Positions 1 through 9,223 of a DNA stretch of 59,835 bases are shown piece after piece. A program made the position numbers and the translations under genes. Each line of letters begins with the position of its first letter. The stretch's first letter is position 1. The notes under the pieces are model-generated. The model did not search any database. It worked only from the letters and a program-made list of their open reading frames with translations, and was not told where the DNA came from. This stretch comes from Pseudomonadota bacterium (GTDB lineage Bacteria > Desulfobacterota > Desulfarculia > Adiutricales > JAGVGV01), in assembly GCA_018830135.1 (NCBI GenBank), contig JAHJTB010000365.1, positions 1 to 59,835 on the forward strand, in the 5' to 3' direction.

Positions 1-1
1 C

Positions 2-1522
2 AACATGAGCCACGAAATCCGGACGCCCATGAACGGCATCATCGGCATGACCCACCTGGCCCTGGAGACCGGTCTGAACAAGGAGCAGCGGGAGTATCTG
101 GAACTGATCCAGGCCGCGGCGGAAAATCTCGAGGTCCTGCTCAACGACATCCTGGATTTCTCGAAGATCGAGGCCGGCCGCCTGGAACTGCGGCCCGTGG
201 TCTTCGGCCTGCGGGAGACCCTGGAGGGGGCCTTGCGGACCCTGGAGGTCAAGGCCCGGGCCAAGGGGCTGAGGTTGTCCTGGGAGGCCGACGAGGAGGC
301 GCCCGACGACCTGCTGGGGGACCCGGACCGGTTGCGGCAGGTGCTGATCAACCTGGTCGGGAATGCCGTCAAGTTCACGGACCGGGGCGGGGTCGCCGTA
401 ACGGTCGGCCTGGAGCGGGCCGCCGGTCCGGATATCGAACTGGGCTTTCAGGTCCGGGACACCGGGCCCGGCATTGCCGAAGGGGACCGCGAGCGCATTT
501 TTTCCGCCTTCACCCAGGCCGACGGTTCCACCACCCGACGGTTCGGAGGCACCGGACTGGGTCTGGCCATTTCCTCCCAACTGGTCGCGATGTTCGGCGG
601 CCGCATCTGGGTGGAAAGCGAAATCGGCCGGGGCAGCACGTTCTGTTTCACGGCCCGCTTCAACCGGCCCGAGCGGTCCGCGCCGGGCGAGAACGCGGCC
701 ACTGAATCCAAGGCGGCCCCGGCCGCCGTCGGATGCCTTGCGCCGGAGTCCGGAATCGGCCAGCGGATTCTCGTGGCCGAAGACAACCCCATCAACCAGC
801 GGCTGGCCGAGCGCGTCCTGGCCAGGGCCGGATACGAGGTGGTCCTGGCCGACAGCGGCCGGGCCGCCCTCGAGGCCTGGAAAGACCGGACCTTCGACCT
901 CATCCTCATGGACATCCAGATGCCGGAACTCGACGGCCTCGGCGCCACGGCGGCCATTCGCGAACGGGAAGACCTCGAGGGCGGCCACACGCCCATTGTG
1001 GCCCTGACCGCATACGCCATGAAAGGGGACCAGGATCGGTTTCTCCAGGCCGGCATGGACGGGTATCTGGCCAAGCCCATCCGGCCTCAGGTACTTCTGG
1101 CCAAGGTCGCCGAAATGCTTGGATGCCCGCCCCCCGCTTCGCCTTCGGACGAAAATGAAACCGAGGCGCCGGAAGCGTCGGGCCCGGCGTTCGACTACCA
1201 GGTCTTGTGCAACCGTTGCGGCGGGGACCAGGAACTCATCAATGAAATGATCGCCCTATTCCTGGAAGAGCTGCCCCAGCGCCTGGACGAAATCCGGTCG
1301 GCCCTCGAGTCGTCGGACCGCGGCCGGCTGGAACGGGCCGCCCACTCGCTCAAGGGCGGCATCGGCTATTTTACGACCAACAAGCCCTGGCATCTGGCCG
1401 ACACCCTCGTGGATATGGCCCGTCGGGGCGACCTGGCCGGCGCCGATGCCACGGCCTCCGACCTCCAGCGGGAGACGGCCCGACTCAAATCCGCGCTCCA
1501 GGCCGTATCCCGCCAGACCTGA
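2..1522 (+). CDS. Hybrid sensor histidine kinase/response regulator (HisKA-HATPase-REC-Hpt), 5'-truncated by the window edge
   Basis: H-box (N)MSHEIRTPMNG, N-box NLVGNAVKF, G1 DTGPGI, G2 GGTGLGL, receiver ILMDIQMP...KP, Hpt AHSLKG; frame is open to the window start. Confidence 0.95.
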   Translation, partial: NMSHEIRTPMNGIIGMTHLALETGLNKEQREYLELIQAAAENLEVLLNDILDFSKIEAGRLELRPVVFGLRETLEGALRTLEVKARAKGLRLSWEADEEAPDDLLGDPDRLRQVLINLVGNAVKFTDRGGVAVTVGLERAAGPDIELGFQVRDTGPGIAEGDRERIFSAFTQADGSTTRRFGGTGLGLAISSQLVAMFGGRIWVESEIGRGSTFCFTARFNRPERSAPGENAATESKAAPAAVGCLAPESGIGQRILVAEDNPINQRLAERVLARAGYEVVLADSGRAALEAWKDRTFDLILMDIQMPELDGLGATAAIREREDLEGGHTPIVALTAYAMKGDQDRFLQAGMDGYLAKPIRPQVLLAKVAEMLGCPPPASPSDENETEAPEASGPAFDYQVLCNRCGGDQELINEMIALFLEELPQRLDEIRSALESSDRGRLERAAHSLKGGIGYFTTNKPWHLADTLVDMARRGDLAGADATASDLQRETARLKSALQAVSRQT

Positions 1523-1532
1523 CCCGAAGGAT

Positions 1533-1754
1533 TTTATCCGCGGATTACGCAGAAAGACGCAGATTATAAAAAAGAAGAAATCGGGCTGAAGCCGATAGCG
1601 CGGGACTTGGTCGAGAAACGGTTACAACGCGGATTTCATCTCTTCCGGCTCAATCATTACAGGGCATGCGGCCATCAAACGACCGGCCGGATTACAAGAG
1701 GCACAAGTCAGACTTGTATATAATCTTCGTGAATCTGTGTAATCCGCGGATAAA
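1533..1754. repeat. Imperfect 36-bp inverted repeat pair bounding a ~220-bp intergenic element (MITE/REP-like)
   Basis: 1533-1568 TTTATCCGCGGATTACGCAGAAAGACGCAGATTATA matches the reverse complement of 1719-1754 at 31/36 positions; lies between convergent genes. Confidence 0.75.
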
Positions 1755-1798
1755 TATTTTCCAGGGCATTTCGCCAGGGGGCGGCCTCCGGCCGATCG

Positions 1799-2323
1799 TC
1801 ATTTCTGATCATGGACCATCCGGGCGATCCGGTCCTGATGCCGGCCGACATAGGCGCAACTCGGGCTCGATCCGCAGTTCCGACAGGACCGGTCGTAGGC
1901 CGAATTCAGGGTCCCGCACTCGGGACAGGCGAAATGGGCCAGCATTTCCTGGTACCAGGCCTCCCAGCCGACCTGGCTGATGCGTTCGAGGGTCTCCCAA
2001 AGTTCGATCCGATGGGGCATGGCCCGCTGAAAGGCCTCGAGTTCCTCGCAGGGATAGTCCTCGCACTGGCCGCAAAAGTCGAGCCCCTTTTCCGCGGCGC
2101 ATTTTTCCATCTTGCAGGTGGCGCAATAGGGGCAGCGGCGTTCGGCCCGGCAGCCGTCGCACATGGCCTCTTCCACCGGGACGCCGAACTGGGCGGCGAT
2201 GCGTTTAAGCCGCTCCGGATGCTCGTGGGTGCCGATGTACACGGTGCAGGACGGGCAGAACAGCCCGCAGACCGCGGCCAGCCGCTTGTCGGGTTGGGTG
2301 TGGCCGCCGCTTTTCTCGGTCAT
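1799..2323 (-). CDS. DUF3795-like Cys-rich (putative Fe-S/Zn) protein
   Basis: CGLFCPSC...CDGC...CPYCATC...C..EKG.DFCGQCEDYPC pattern plus a C-terminal CPEC/CRNC ribbon; ATG at 2323 overlaps the stop of the upstream gene. Confidence 0.75.
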   Translation of the reverse strand: MTEKSGGHTQPDKRLAAVCGLFCPSCTVYIGTHEHPERLKRIAAQFGVPVEEAMCDGCRAERRCPYCATCKMEKCAAEKGLDFCGQCEDYPCEELEAFQRAMPHRIELWETLERISQVGWEAWYQEMLAHFACPECGTLNSAYDRSCRNCGSSPSCAYVGRHQDRIARMVHDQK

Positions 2324-2928
2324 GACGTTCCCTTTCCGCCCGGGCCTCCGTTCCTGGCCGGGCAGTCCTGGCGGGCGCATCGGGCGCAGCGTCCGTCCGG
2401 AGCGGCTTCCCGGCTCGGGGCCGGATAGACCACGACCAGGCCGGTCCGGCCGGACATCTCGCCCGAAGGCAGCAACTCGAAGCCCCGGCCCTGCTCCGGG
2501 CCGAAATGGTCCAGCACGTCCCGGTTGGCCGACAGGGGCAGGTCCGGGCAGCCGGGCGCCAGCCGGGGACCCGGCCGTCTCCCCGTGGGTTTGAGAAACA
2601 GATCGATTCGATATTCCAGAAAGTCCAGGGCCTCGCGGAGGGCGAGCCGGCAGAGGACCTCCCAGTTCGCCCGGTCCGGTCCGGCCGCGGCCGCGGCTTC
2701 GGCGGCCCGCGGTCCCAGCGTGCAGAGGCCGACGATCACGGTCGGTCCCCGCCCCGGAACCGCACCTTGAAAAACCTTCCCGGGCTCGACCTCGTCGAAA
2801 AGGCCGGCCGCCTCGATCAGCGGTCCGGCCCGGTCCAGAAACCCGGCCGCCTCCCGCTCGGTCGAACCCGCCTCCCCGGCCAGCCGGGCCGGTGACAGGT
2901 CCACGGGTATGGGCCGCACGGAAATCAT
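2320..2928 (-). CDS. Vitamin B12-dependent methionine synthase activation-domain-like protein
   Basis: CTLGP, RLAPGCPDLPLSAN, LLPSGEM and a C-terminal CARC...DCPAR, as in stand-alone MetH activation-domain homologues. Confidence 0.6.
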   Translation of the reverse strand: MISVRPIPVDLSPARLAGEAGSTEREAAGFLDRAGPLIEAAGLFDEVEPGKVFQGAVPGRGPTVIVGLCTLGPRAAEAAAAAGPDRANWEVLCRLALREALDFLEYRIDLFLKPTGRRPGPRLAPGCPDLPLSANRDVLDHFGPEQGRGFELLPSGEMSGRTGLVVVYPAPSREAAPDGRCARCARQDCPARNGGPGGKGTS

Positions 2929-2944
2929 TCGAATCGAGGTCCGA

Positions 2945-3208
2945 TCAGGAGACGGTCGCCCCGTCCTCGAACTCGCATCCGCACCAGGGGCAGTATTTGA
3001 AGTCCTTGTTGGTCAGTCCCTCCTTGCAGGCCGAACACTGAAGGTGCAGCTCTTCGGCGCAAAAGGGGCAGAAAATAAAATCAGCCAGATGTTCGGCCAT
3101 GGCCGGCGAGATTTTCTCCCAGGCCTCCGAACACTCGTTGTCCAGGCAGATTTTTTCCAGATGGCCCGTGCAGGGCGATTTTGGCTCGGTCATCGTTTCC
3201 CTTGTCAC
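2945..3208 (-). CDS. Small double zinc-ribbon protein
   Basis: FCPFC, CSAC and YCPWC motifs; RBS-like GAGGAG upstream. Confidence 0.65.
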   Translation of the reverse strand: MTRETMTEPKSPCTGHLEKICLDNECSEAWEKISPAMAEHLADFIFCPFCAEELHLQCSACKEGLTNKDFKYCPWCGCEFEDGATVS

Positions 3209-3295
3209 TCCTCGTCTTGGTTCCCATGGTCTGGGATGAATATATCAGAGGGCGGGGGCAACAACAAGACGCCGCCGGGGGCCGGAAGGCGCGGG

Positions 3296-4123
3296 TCAGG
3301 TGTAATCCGACAGATTGAGCAGCTTGGGTTCGACCTCGGCCAGAATGCCGTCGAAGTCATCGGTCGACAAGCCGAGTTCCTCCCAGGCCCGGGGCGACAG
3401 CGGGGGCACCAGCCGGTCGCCGCTGAAACCGAAGCCCATGGCCCGCACGACGATGTTGGCCAGATGGACGATGGCCGTCTGCTGCACCGCGTTGCGGGCC
3501 AGTTCGGGCCGGTGATGGTAGCGCATGGGCTCGGCCAGGGCGTCGGGCAGGTTCCAGTGCTCGGCCAGCCAGAGGCCCACGTCGCCGTGGTTGAAGTCCA
3601 GCACCTTGTTCTCGGCCTCGTAAAAGGTGATCCCCTTGGCCGCGGCCACTTCCTGGACCCGGGCCGACTCCTCGGGAAGCTGAAGATTGAGGACCACCTT
3701 GCCCAGATCGTGGAGCAGGCCGGCCACCAGCACCTCTTCCGCGTCCGGCCTCCCCAGGCGGGCGGCGATAACCCCGGAGGCGGCCGCGCAGCCGACCGAA
3801 TGCTCCCACAACCCGACCATCCCTTTCTTCATCATGTCGAAGACCGAGGTGGTCAGGACCAGGCCCTTGACCACGTCGAAGCCCAGAACCACCAGGGCCT
3901 GCGTGATCGAGGAGATGCGGCGGGAAAAACCGAAAAAGGCCGAGTTGGCCATGCGCAGGACCCGGGCCGAAATGACCTGGTCCTGGCTGATGAGCCGGCC
4001 GACGTCGGCCGAGGAGGTATCCGGGTTTTCGACCATCCGGGATATCTTCTGGACGATGCCGGGCAGGGTCGGCAGATTCTTGATCCGCTTGACCTTTTTC
4101 TTGACTTCCGACCGGTCTTCCAT
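3296..4123 (-). CDS. HDOD domain protein
   Basis: LPTLP...ISQDQVISARVLRMANSAFFG...WEHS...AGLLHDLGK...HGDVG...WNLP; start MEDRSEV overlaps the upstream stop. Confidence 0.9.
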   Translation of the reverse strand: MEDRSEVKKKVKRIKNLPTLPGIVQKISRMVENPDTSSADVGRLISQDQVISARVLRMANSAFFGFSRRISSITQALVVLGFDVVKGLVLTTSVFDMMKKGMVGLWEHSVGCAAASGVIAARLGRPDAEEVLVAGLLHDLGKVVLNLQLPEESARVQEVAAAKGITFYEAENKVLDFNHGDVGLWLAEHWNLPDALAEPMRYHHRPELARNAVQQTAIVHLANIVVRAMGFGFSGDRLVPPLSPRAWEELGLSTDDFDGILAEVEPKLLNLSDYT

Positions 4124-4431
4124 CACTCGTCCTCGCGCAGTTTCCGGAGCAGCGCGTTCTTGAGTTCGACCAGGATGGGGTCGTTTTCGACCCGGACGAA
4201 ACGCGCGTCCAGCTCGGCCTCGAGTTTGGACAGACGCGCCTGCTTTTCCTCCGGCGATTCGGACGAGACGAACTCGATGGGAACGGTCTCGTAATTCATG
4301 CGCTGGAGCATGCGCAGCAGGGCCTCGGTCAGTTCCGTCCCCTTCTGGCAGAGCAGGACCCCGTCGTCGCGCACCATCTTTTGGGCCAGGATCATACCCG
4401 GCCTCGCCTGGTCCAGGGGAATCCGTTTCAC
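4123..4431 (-). CDS. Small conserved-type protein coupled to the HDOD gene (resembles the N-terminal region of HD-GYP proteins)
   Basis: IPLDQARPGMILA...DDGVLLCQKGTELT motif; translational coupling to the HDOD gene. Confidence 0.7.
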   Translation of the reverse strand: MKRIPLDQARPGMILAQKMVRDDGVLLCQKGTELTEALLRMLQRMNYETVPIEFVSSESPEEKQARLSKLEAELDARFVRVENDPILVELKNALLRKLREDE

Positions 4432-4526
4432 CGCACGACACCGCCCGTCTTAATAAACAGCCTTCCGGTCTTGATCGATTCCGGATTGTAGCACAGGCCC
4501 CGGAACGCACGCAACCGGCCCCGGGG

Positions 4527-5015
4527 TCAGGCCCGGTATTTCGATATCAACTCGAGCAACGCGCCGGCTTCGGAACCGGCTGCCGAGGACAAAGCCGCCG
4601 CCAGGGCCGCCAGCACGACCGCCACCACCTCGGGCAGGGGCTTCGAACGCCGCCCCTGGGCCTTCAAGGTCTCCAGGTCGGCCTTGACGTCTTTCAAGGC
4701 AGCGGCATCGAGTCCCAGGTCGTTGACGGCCGCTTCGAACCGGGCGGTCAGGGCGCCCAGGTCCGGGGCCTCGGCCCCTTGCGGCTCCGCCCCGGTCCCG
4801 GCCTGGCCCAGACCGGCTTCGGTCAGGGACAGCCCGCCGGAAAGGTTCCTGATCTCGACCAGCCCCTCGGCGACCAGCTCCATGGCGATGTCCTGGGTCA
4901 GGGGCCGGTCCAGGCCCATGGCCTCGCCAATGGCCCACATTCCGGCACTCCGGTTCGGGTCGCCGCCGGTCTCCCGAAAGATCGCGGCCAGCATTTTCTC
5001 CATGTTTTCGTCCAT
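4527..5015 (-). CDS. Hypothetical protein with an N-terminal winged-helix-like region
   Basis: AAGGAGG RBS before ATG 5015; MWAIGEAMGLD...ELVAEGLVEI...GGLSLTEAG pattern. Confidence 0.6.
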   Translation of the reverse strand: MDENMEKMLAAIFRETGGDPNRSAGMWAIGEAMGLDRPLTQDIAMELVAEGLVEIRNLSGGLSLTEAGLGQAGTGAEPQGAEAPDLGALTARFEAAVNDLGLDAAALKDVKADLETLKAQGRRSKPLPEVVAVVLAALAAALSSAAGSEAGALLELISKYRA

Positions 5016-5210
5016 GACGCCTCCTTGCTTTGCTGGCCTCAGCGTACCACAGTCCCTTGAAAAAACAAGCACAGGGGGATGGCTCATTCCATCGAGTACC
5101 GGTCCTGCGTTAAGATCGAAGGTGATGGGGTTCCGCTATTGGGCCGGATATGGAAGGAGTCCTTGTCCCTGCCGCCGTAGGCGTGCTACTAGTGGCTGGG
5201 AGGTCGTTCC

Positions 5211-6389
5211 ATGGCCCGCATTCGCCCAGAGATTCCGGCCCTGCAAAACTGGCTGGTGGCCCTGCGCCGGGAGATTCACCGCCATCCCGAACCGGCGTAC
5301 GGGGAGACCCGGACCGCCGGCCTGGTGGAACGCACCCTGCGCGGCATGGGCCTGCCCCCACGAACCGGGATCGGCCGGACCGGAGTGGTCGGGTTGTGGC
5401 GGGCGGACCGTCCGGGCCCCTGCCTGGGACTGCGGGCCGACATGGACGCCCTGCCCGTGCAGGAGGCCCTGGACCACGACTGGCGCTCGACGGTCCCGGG
5501 CATGATGCACGCCTGCGGCCACGATCTGCATACGGCCATGCTTCTGGGCGCGGCCCGGGTCCTGGCCGATGATTCGAGGTACAGTCAGCGCCTGGCCGGC
5601 GCGGTCAAGTTCATTTTTCAGCCGGCCGAGGAGGAGGGGGCCGGGGCCCTGGCCATGATCGCCGACGGGGTCTTGGACGACCCGCCCCTGGACGCGATCT
5701 TCTCCGCCCACGTCAATCCAACCCTGGAAACCGGGCAGGTCGGGTACACCCCCGGCCCGGCCCACGCGGCCGTCGACAATTTTCACATCACGGTGACCGG
5801 TCGGGGAGGCCATGCCGCCCATCCCGAGTTGGCCGACGACCCGCTGGCCCCGGCGGCCGAACTGGTGGGGCGTATCCGCTCCCGGAGCGCCGGACTGGAC
5901 CGGGCCCTGGTCGCCGTCTGCTTCTTCCAGGCCGGCACCACCACCAACGTCATTCCCGACCGGGCCTTGATTTCCGGGACCGTTCGTTCCCTGGACCGCT
6001 CCGCCAGAGAACGCGCCCTGGACGCGATTCGGGCCGCGGCCGCCGAAGCCGGGGCCGGCTCGCCCTGCGACATCCAGGTCCGTCTCGTCCCCGGATACCC
6101 GATTCTGCGCAACGACGAATCCATGACCCAAGAGCTGGTCCGCCTGGCCGGGGCCGTCGTCGGCGCCCCGAACCTCGTTTTCCAGGCGCCTTCGTATGGC
6201 GCCGAGGACATGGCCTATTTTCTCGACAAGGTCCCGGGGTCCGTATTCGGGTTGGGCTGCCGGCGGCCCGGCGACCATCGGCCGGCCATGCTCCACTCGC
6301 CCCGCTTCGACCCGGACGAGTCCGTCCTGGCCCTGGGGGTCGAACTGTTCGTTACCCTGGCCGAGTCGTTCCTGTCTCCATCCGGGTAA
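5211..6389 (+). CDS. M20D family amidohydrolase
   Basis: IHRHPE, LRADMDALP, MHACGHD, FQPAEE, GGHAA, AEDMA and LHSPRF motifs; GGAGG RBS. Confidence 0.95.
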   Translation: MARIRPEIPALQNWLVALRREIHRHPEPAYGETRTAGLVERTLRGMGLPPRTGIGRTGVVGLWRADRPGPCLGLRADMDALPVQEALDHDWRSTVPGMMHACGHDLHTAMLLGAARVLADDSRYSQRLAGAVKFIFQPAEEEGAGALAMIADGVLDDPPLDAIFSAHVNPTLETGQVGYTPGPAHAAVDNFHITVTGRGGHAAHPELADDPLAPAAELVGRIRSRSAGLDRALVAVCFFQAGTTTNVIPDRALISGTVRSLDRSARERALDAIRAAAAEAGAGSPCDIQVRLVPGYPILRNDESMTQELVRLAGAVVGAPNLVFQAPSYGAEDMAYFLDKVPGSVFGLGCRRPGDHRPAMLHSPRFDPDESVLALGVELFVTLAESFLSPSG

Positions 6390-6759
6390 AACCGGTTTGG
6401 TCGGGTGCGACAAACGGGCTTGACCTGAACACGGCCCGGGAGGGATGCCTTGCCATCAAACAGGGATGTAAGGTCGGCCCTCCGGATGGTGCCGCTTCAG
6501 GCCATTCGGCCGGCCGAAAATCTTTCATCAGGGGCCGACCCGGGATTCAGCCCGCCGGCCTGCTAAACGACAAACAGCCCCTTTCCGGCGTCCCCGGAAT
6601 GGCGCCGGGAGCCTGAAGGGGGGCCTCCCGGGACGGCAGGTCCTGTTCCATGTCTCCAATTTCTATGAAATGCTCAAGGATTCCTTGGGAAAGGGGCCAT
6701 ACCCGAATCGGTCGCGCCCCACGATTGGAGACGACCGATTCGAGGGCATGGGGGGTGGC

Positions 6760-8166
6760 TCAGGTCGACTCCTTGCGCTGCTTTTCGACGTACTGCCGGC
6801 CGCTCTGGGGGAAAAGGGCGCAGATGAGCTGCTCCTCTTCGGACTGGGCCACGCCGGCGGTGTCCGTCTTGACCTTGTCCATTTCCGGACTGAGCACGTC
6901 GCCGGGCCGGCAGTCGATCCGGGTCCGGTCCGCCTTGGCCCCGCCGGACTTGAGGACCTTTTCCGCCACTTCGGGGTCGATGGGCGCCGGAGTCCGGCCG
7001 TACAGACCCTGGACAATCGCCCGGGTCTCGTGGGTCACGATCTTGTATTCGCCGAAAAGTACGTTCAGGACCGCCTGAACGCCCACGATCTGGCTGGTGG
7101 GGGTGACCAGGGGCAGGTTGCCCAGTTCGCGCCGGGTCTTGGGAATCTGGGCATAGACCTCGTCCAGCCGGTCCAGGGCGTTTTGTTCCTTGAGCTGGTT
7201 GACCAGGTTGGAGATCATGCCGCCCGGGACCTGATGCAGCAGGACACCCGTGTCGATGACCGCCATTTTGTGGTCGTCGAGAAGCTGGCTGTAGTTCTTG
7301 GCCACCTCTTCCAGTTTCTGGCTGAGGCTGACCAGGAGGTTCAGATCGAAGCCGGTGTCGCGCGGGGTGCCCATCACGGCCGCGGCGATGGCCTCGACCG
7401 CCGGCTGGCCGGTGCGCATGGCAAAAGGCGACAGGGAGCAGTCCACGACGTCCACGCCCGCCTCGGCCGCCTTGAGATAGCTCATCGAGGCCATGCCCGA
7501 GGTGTAATGGGTGTGCAGGTTGATGGGAATGGAGACCTTTTTCTTGAGGGCCGAAATCACCTCGAAGGCGTCGTACGGGGCGATCAGCCCGGCCATGTCC
7601 TTCAGGCAGATGGAGTTCGCGCCCATGGCCTCGAGCTGTCCGGCCTTTTCCACGTAGTAGTCCAGGTTGTAGACCGGCCCGCCCATGCGGCGTTCGGTCA
7701 GGGAGTAGCAGATCGTCCCCTGGAAGTGCATGCCGTTCTTTTTGATCCCCTCGACGCAGGTCTCGAAGTTCCTGAAGTCGTTGAGGGCGTCGAAAACGCG
7801 GAATATCTCGATGCCCACTTCGCAGGCGTGGTCCACGAAGGCCCGGACCACGTCGTCGGCGTAGTTGCGGTACCCGACCAGGTTCTGGCCGCGCAGGAGC
7901 ATGGAAAAGGGCGTTTTCTTGATGTACTGTTTCAGGATGCGCGGCCGGGCCCAGGGGTCTTCGTCCAGAAAGCGGTGCATGGTGTCGAAGGTGGCCCCGC
8001 CCCAGACCTCGCAGGCCCAATAGCCCACTTCGTCGATCCGCTCGGCCAGGGGGATCATGTCCTCGGTCTTCATCCGGGTGGCCAGCAGGGACTGGTGGCC
8101 GTCCCGAAGGGTGGTGTCCAGTATCCTCAAGGGCGTGGCCGCCGGTTTCACTTGCGTTTCGTTCAT
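6760..8166 (-). CDS. Pyruvate/oxaloacetate carboxyltransferase (PycB/OadA-type catalytic domain, no biotinyl domain)
   Basis: DTTLRDGHQSL, EVWGGATFD, LLRGQNLVGY, FRVFDALND, CLKDMAG, HTHYTSG, VPGGM, LVTPTSQIVG; no AMKM motif; GAGGA RBS before ATG 8166. Confidence 0.93.
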   Translation of the reverse strand: MNETQVKPAATPLRILDTTLRDGHQSLLATRMKTEDMIPLAERIDEVGYWACEVWGGATFDTMHRFLDEDPWARPRILKQYIKKTPFSMLLRGQNLVGYRNYADDVVRAFVDHACEVGIEIFRVFDALNDFRNFETCVEGIKKNGMHFQGTICYSLTERRMGGPVYNLDYYVEKAGQLEAMGANSICLKDMAGLIAPYDAFEVISALKKKVSIPINLHTHYTSGMASMSYLKAAEAGVDVVDCSLSPFAMRTGQPAVEAIAAAVMGTPRDTGFDLNLLVSLSQKLEEVAKNYSQLLDDHKMAVIDTGVLLHQVPGGMISNLVNQLKEQNALDRLDEVYAQIPKTRRELGNLPLVTPTSQIVGVQAVLNVLFGEYKIVTHETRAIVQGLYGRTPAPIDPEVAEKVLKSGGAKADRTRIDCRPGDVLSPEMDKVKTDTAGVAQSEEEQLICALFPQSGRQYVEKQRKEST

Positions 8167-8257
8167 CGTTTTCCTCCTCAACATACTCAACATAAACCGG
8201 CTCCCCCGGCCCGCGGAGCCAACGGCGGGACGGGGGAGCCTGACGGTTAATAGCGTT

Positions 8258-8941
8258 CTATACTCGCTCGGCTTTCAGTCCGAAAAAGACCATGTCGCAC
8301 ATCTGGCCGGCCATGAAATCGACGTCGATTTCATGGTTGAAAATGATGGCCGGGAGGCAGAGGTGCTCGATGGCGCCCAAAATGAGCTGTCGCCAGTAGG
8401 ATGGTGAAACATCCGGTCGGATTTCACCGTTGGCCATGCCCTCCTCGAGCATTTCCAGAATGATGTCGCCATATCCCTGAATCAGCCGGTAGGGCTCGCT
8501 CTGCCAGTAGCCCGGATCGTTGCGGACCTCCAGAAGCAGTATTTTGGAGAAGACCCGATCCGAACTGTAAAAGTTCATATGGGACCAAATGAGTTTTCGG
8601 ACCTTGTTCAGGGCTCCTTGAATGCCTTTCACGGCATGCTCGGTCTGCGAGATGTAAGCTTCGAGATATTCACGGAGGACGTAATGAAGCAGACCGCGCT
8701 TGTCCCCGAAATAGCGGTAGATCAGGGCCTCGTTGGCCCCGGCTTCACGGGCGATTTCCGCGGTGGTGATGGAATTGAAGTCCTTGGCCGCCAAAAGGAG
8801 GCGCAGGGCCTGGGCCAGTTTGATCCCGGCCGGCGGCAGGGGCTTCCGGGCCGGTTCGGTCTTGACGCGCCGCCCGGCCGCCGGCGGAGCCGGGGGGGGG
8901 CGGCGGACAATTTCGTCGGTTTTTTCAGGCCCCTGGATCAT
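8258..8941 (-). CDS. TetR/AcrR family transcriptional regulator
   Basis: HTH TTAEIAREAGANEALIYRYFGDK; C-terminal EEGMANGEIRPD. Confidence 0.9.
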   Translation of the reverse strand: MIQGPEKTDEIVRRPPPAPPAAGRRVKTEPARKPLPPAGIKLAQALRLLLAAKDFNSITTAEIAREAGANEALIYRYFGDKRGLLHYVLREYLEAYISQTEHAVKGIQGALNKVRKLIWSHMNFYSSDRVFSKILLLEVRNDPGYWQSEPYRLIQGYGDIILEMLEEGMANGEIRPDVSPSYWRQLILGAIEHLCLPAIIFNHEIDVDFMAGQMCDMVFFGLKAERV

Positions 8942-9027
8942 GTAACGTTTACTTTCATATCCATCTATTTGATAAATTTGTCAAAATTGCCATGCAACCG
9001 TGGTGTATGTAACATTTACCTAGCCTC

Positions 9028-9056
9028 AGGATACCATGGAGTCCGGACCCTGTCAA
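9028..9056 (-). promoter_or_regulatory. sigma70-type promoter for the tetR/carboxyltransferase unit
   Basis: Minus strand TTGACA-17 bp-TATCCT with an extended -10 TGn; downstream palindrome TTTGATAAATTTGTCAAA (8968-8985) is a candidate operator. Confidence 0.55.
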
Positions 9057-9144
9057 TGATTTTTTTGGGGGGAAAGCCGGTCCGGTCGGCGCAAACCGTC
9101 CTCCATCCGGTCCGGGCGGGGTCGGCCCACGGGGCGGAGGTCAT

Positions 9145-9173
9145 TTGACAACCCGGGCCCGGGCGGATACACT
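9145..9173 (+). promoter_or_regulatory. sigma70-type promoter for the CbbQ/NorQ operon
   Basis: TTGACA-17 bp-TACACT about 50 bp upstream of ATG 9224. Confidence 0.6.
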
Positions 9174-9223
9174 TCCTGGCACGATTCGCCGAAGGCGGAT
9201 CATTCCGACGGGGGAGATGGTAC

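Noticed and set aside
6390-6759. 370-bp GC-rich intergenic region as a possible ncRNA, or a short minus-strand ORF (MEQDLPSR...) ending in TGA as a possible selenoprotein
   Set aside because: No recognisable RNA family signature, poor RBS spacing, and readthrough gives no recognisable protein; a covariance-model search would be needed.
8968-8985. TTGATAAATTTGTCAA as an FNR/DNR box for the NorQ-like operon
   Set aside because: Spacing is 2 bp longer than TTGAT-N4-ATCAA and it lies in the tetR leader, so it is more likely a TetR operator.
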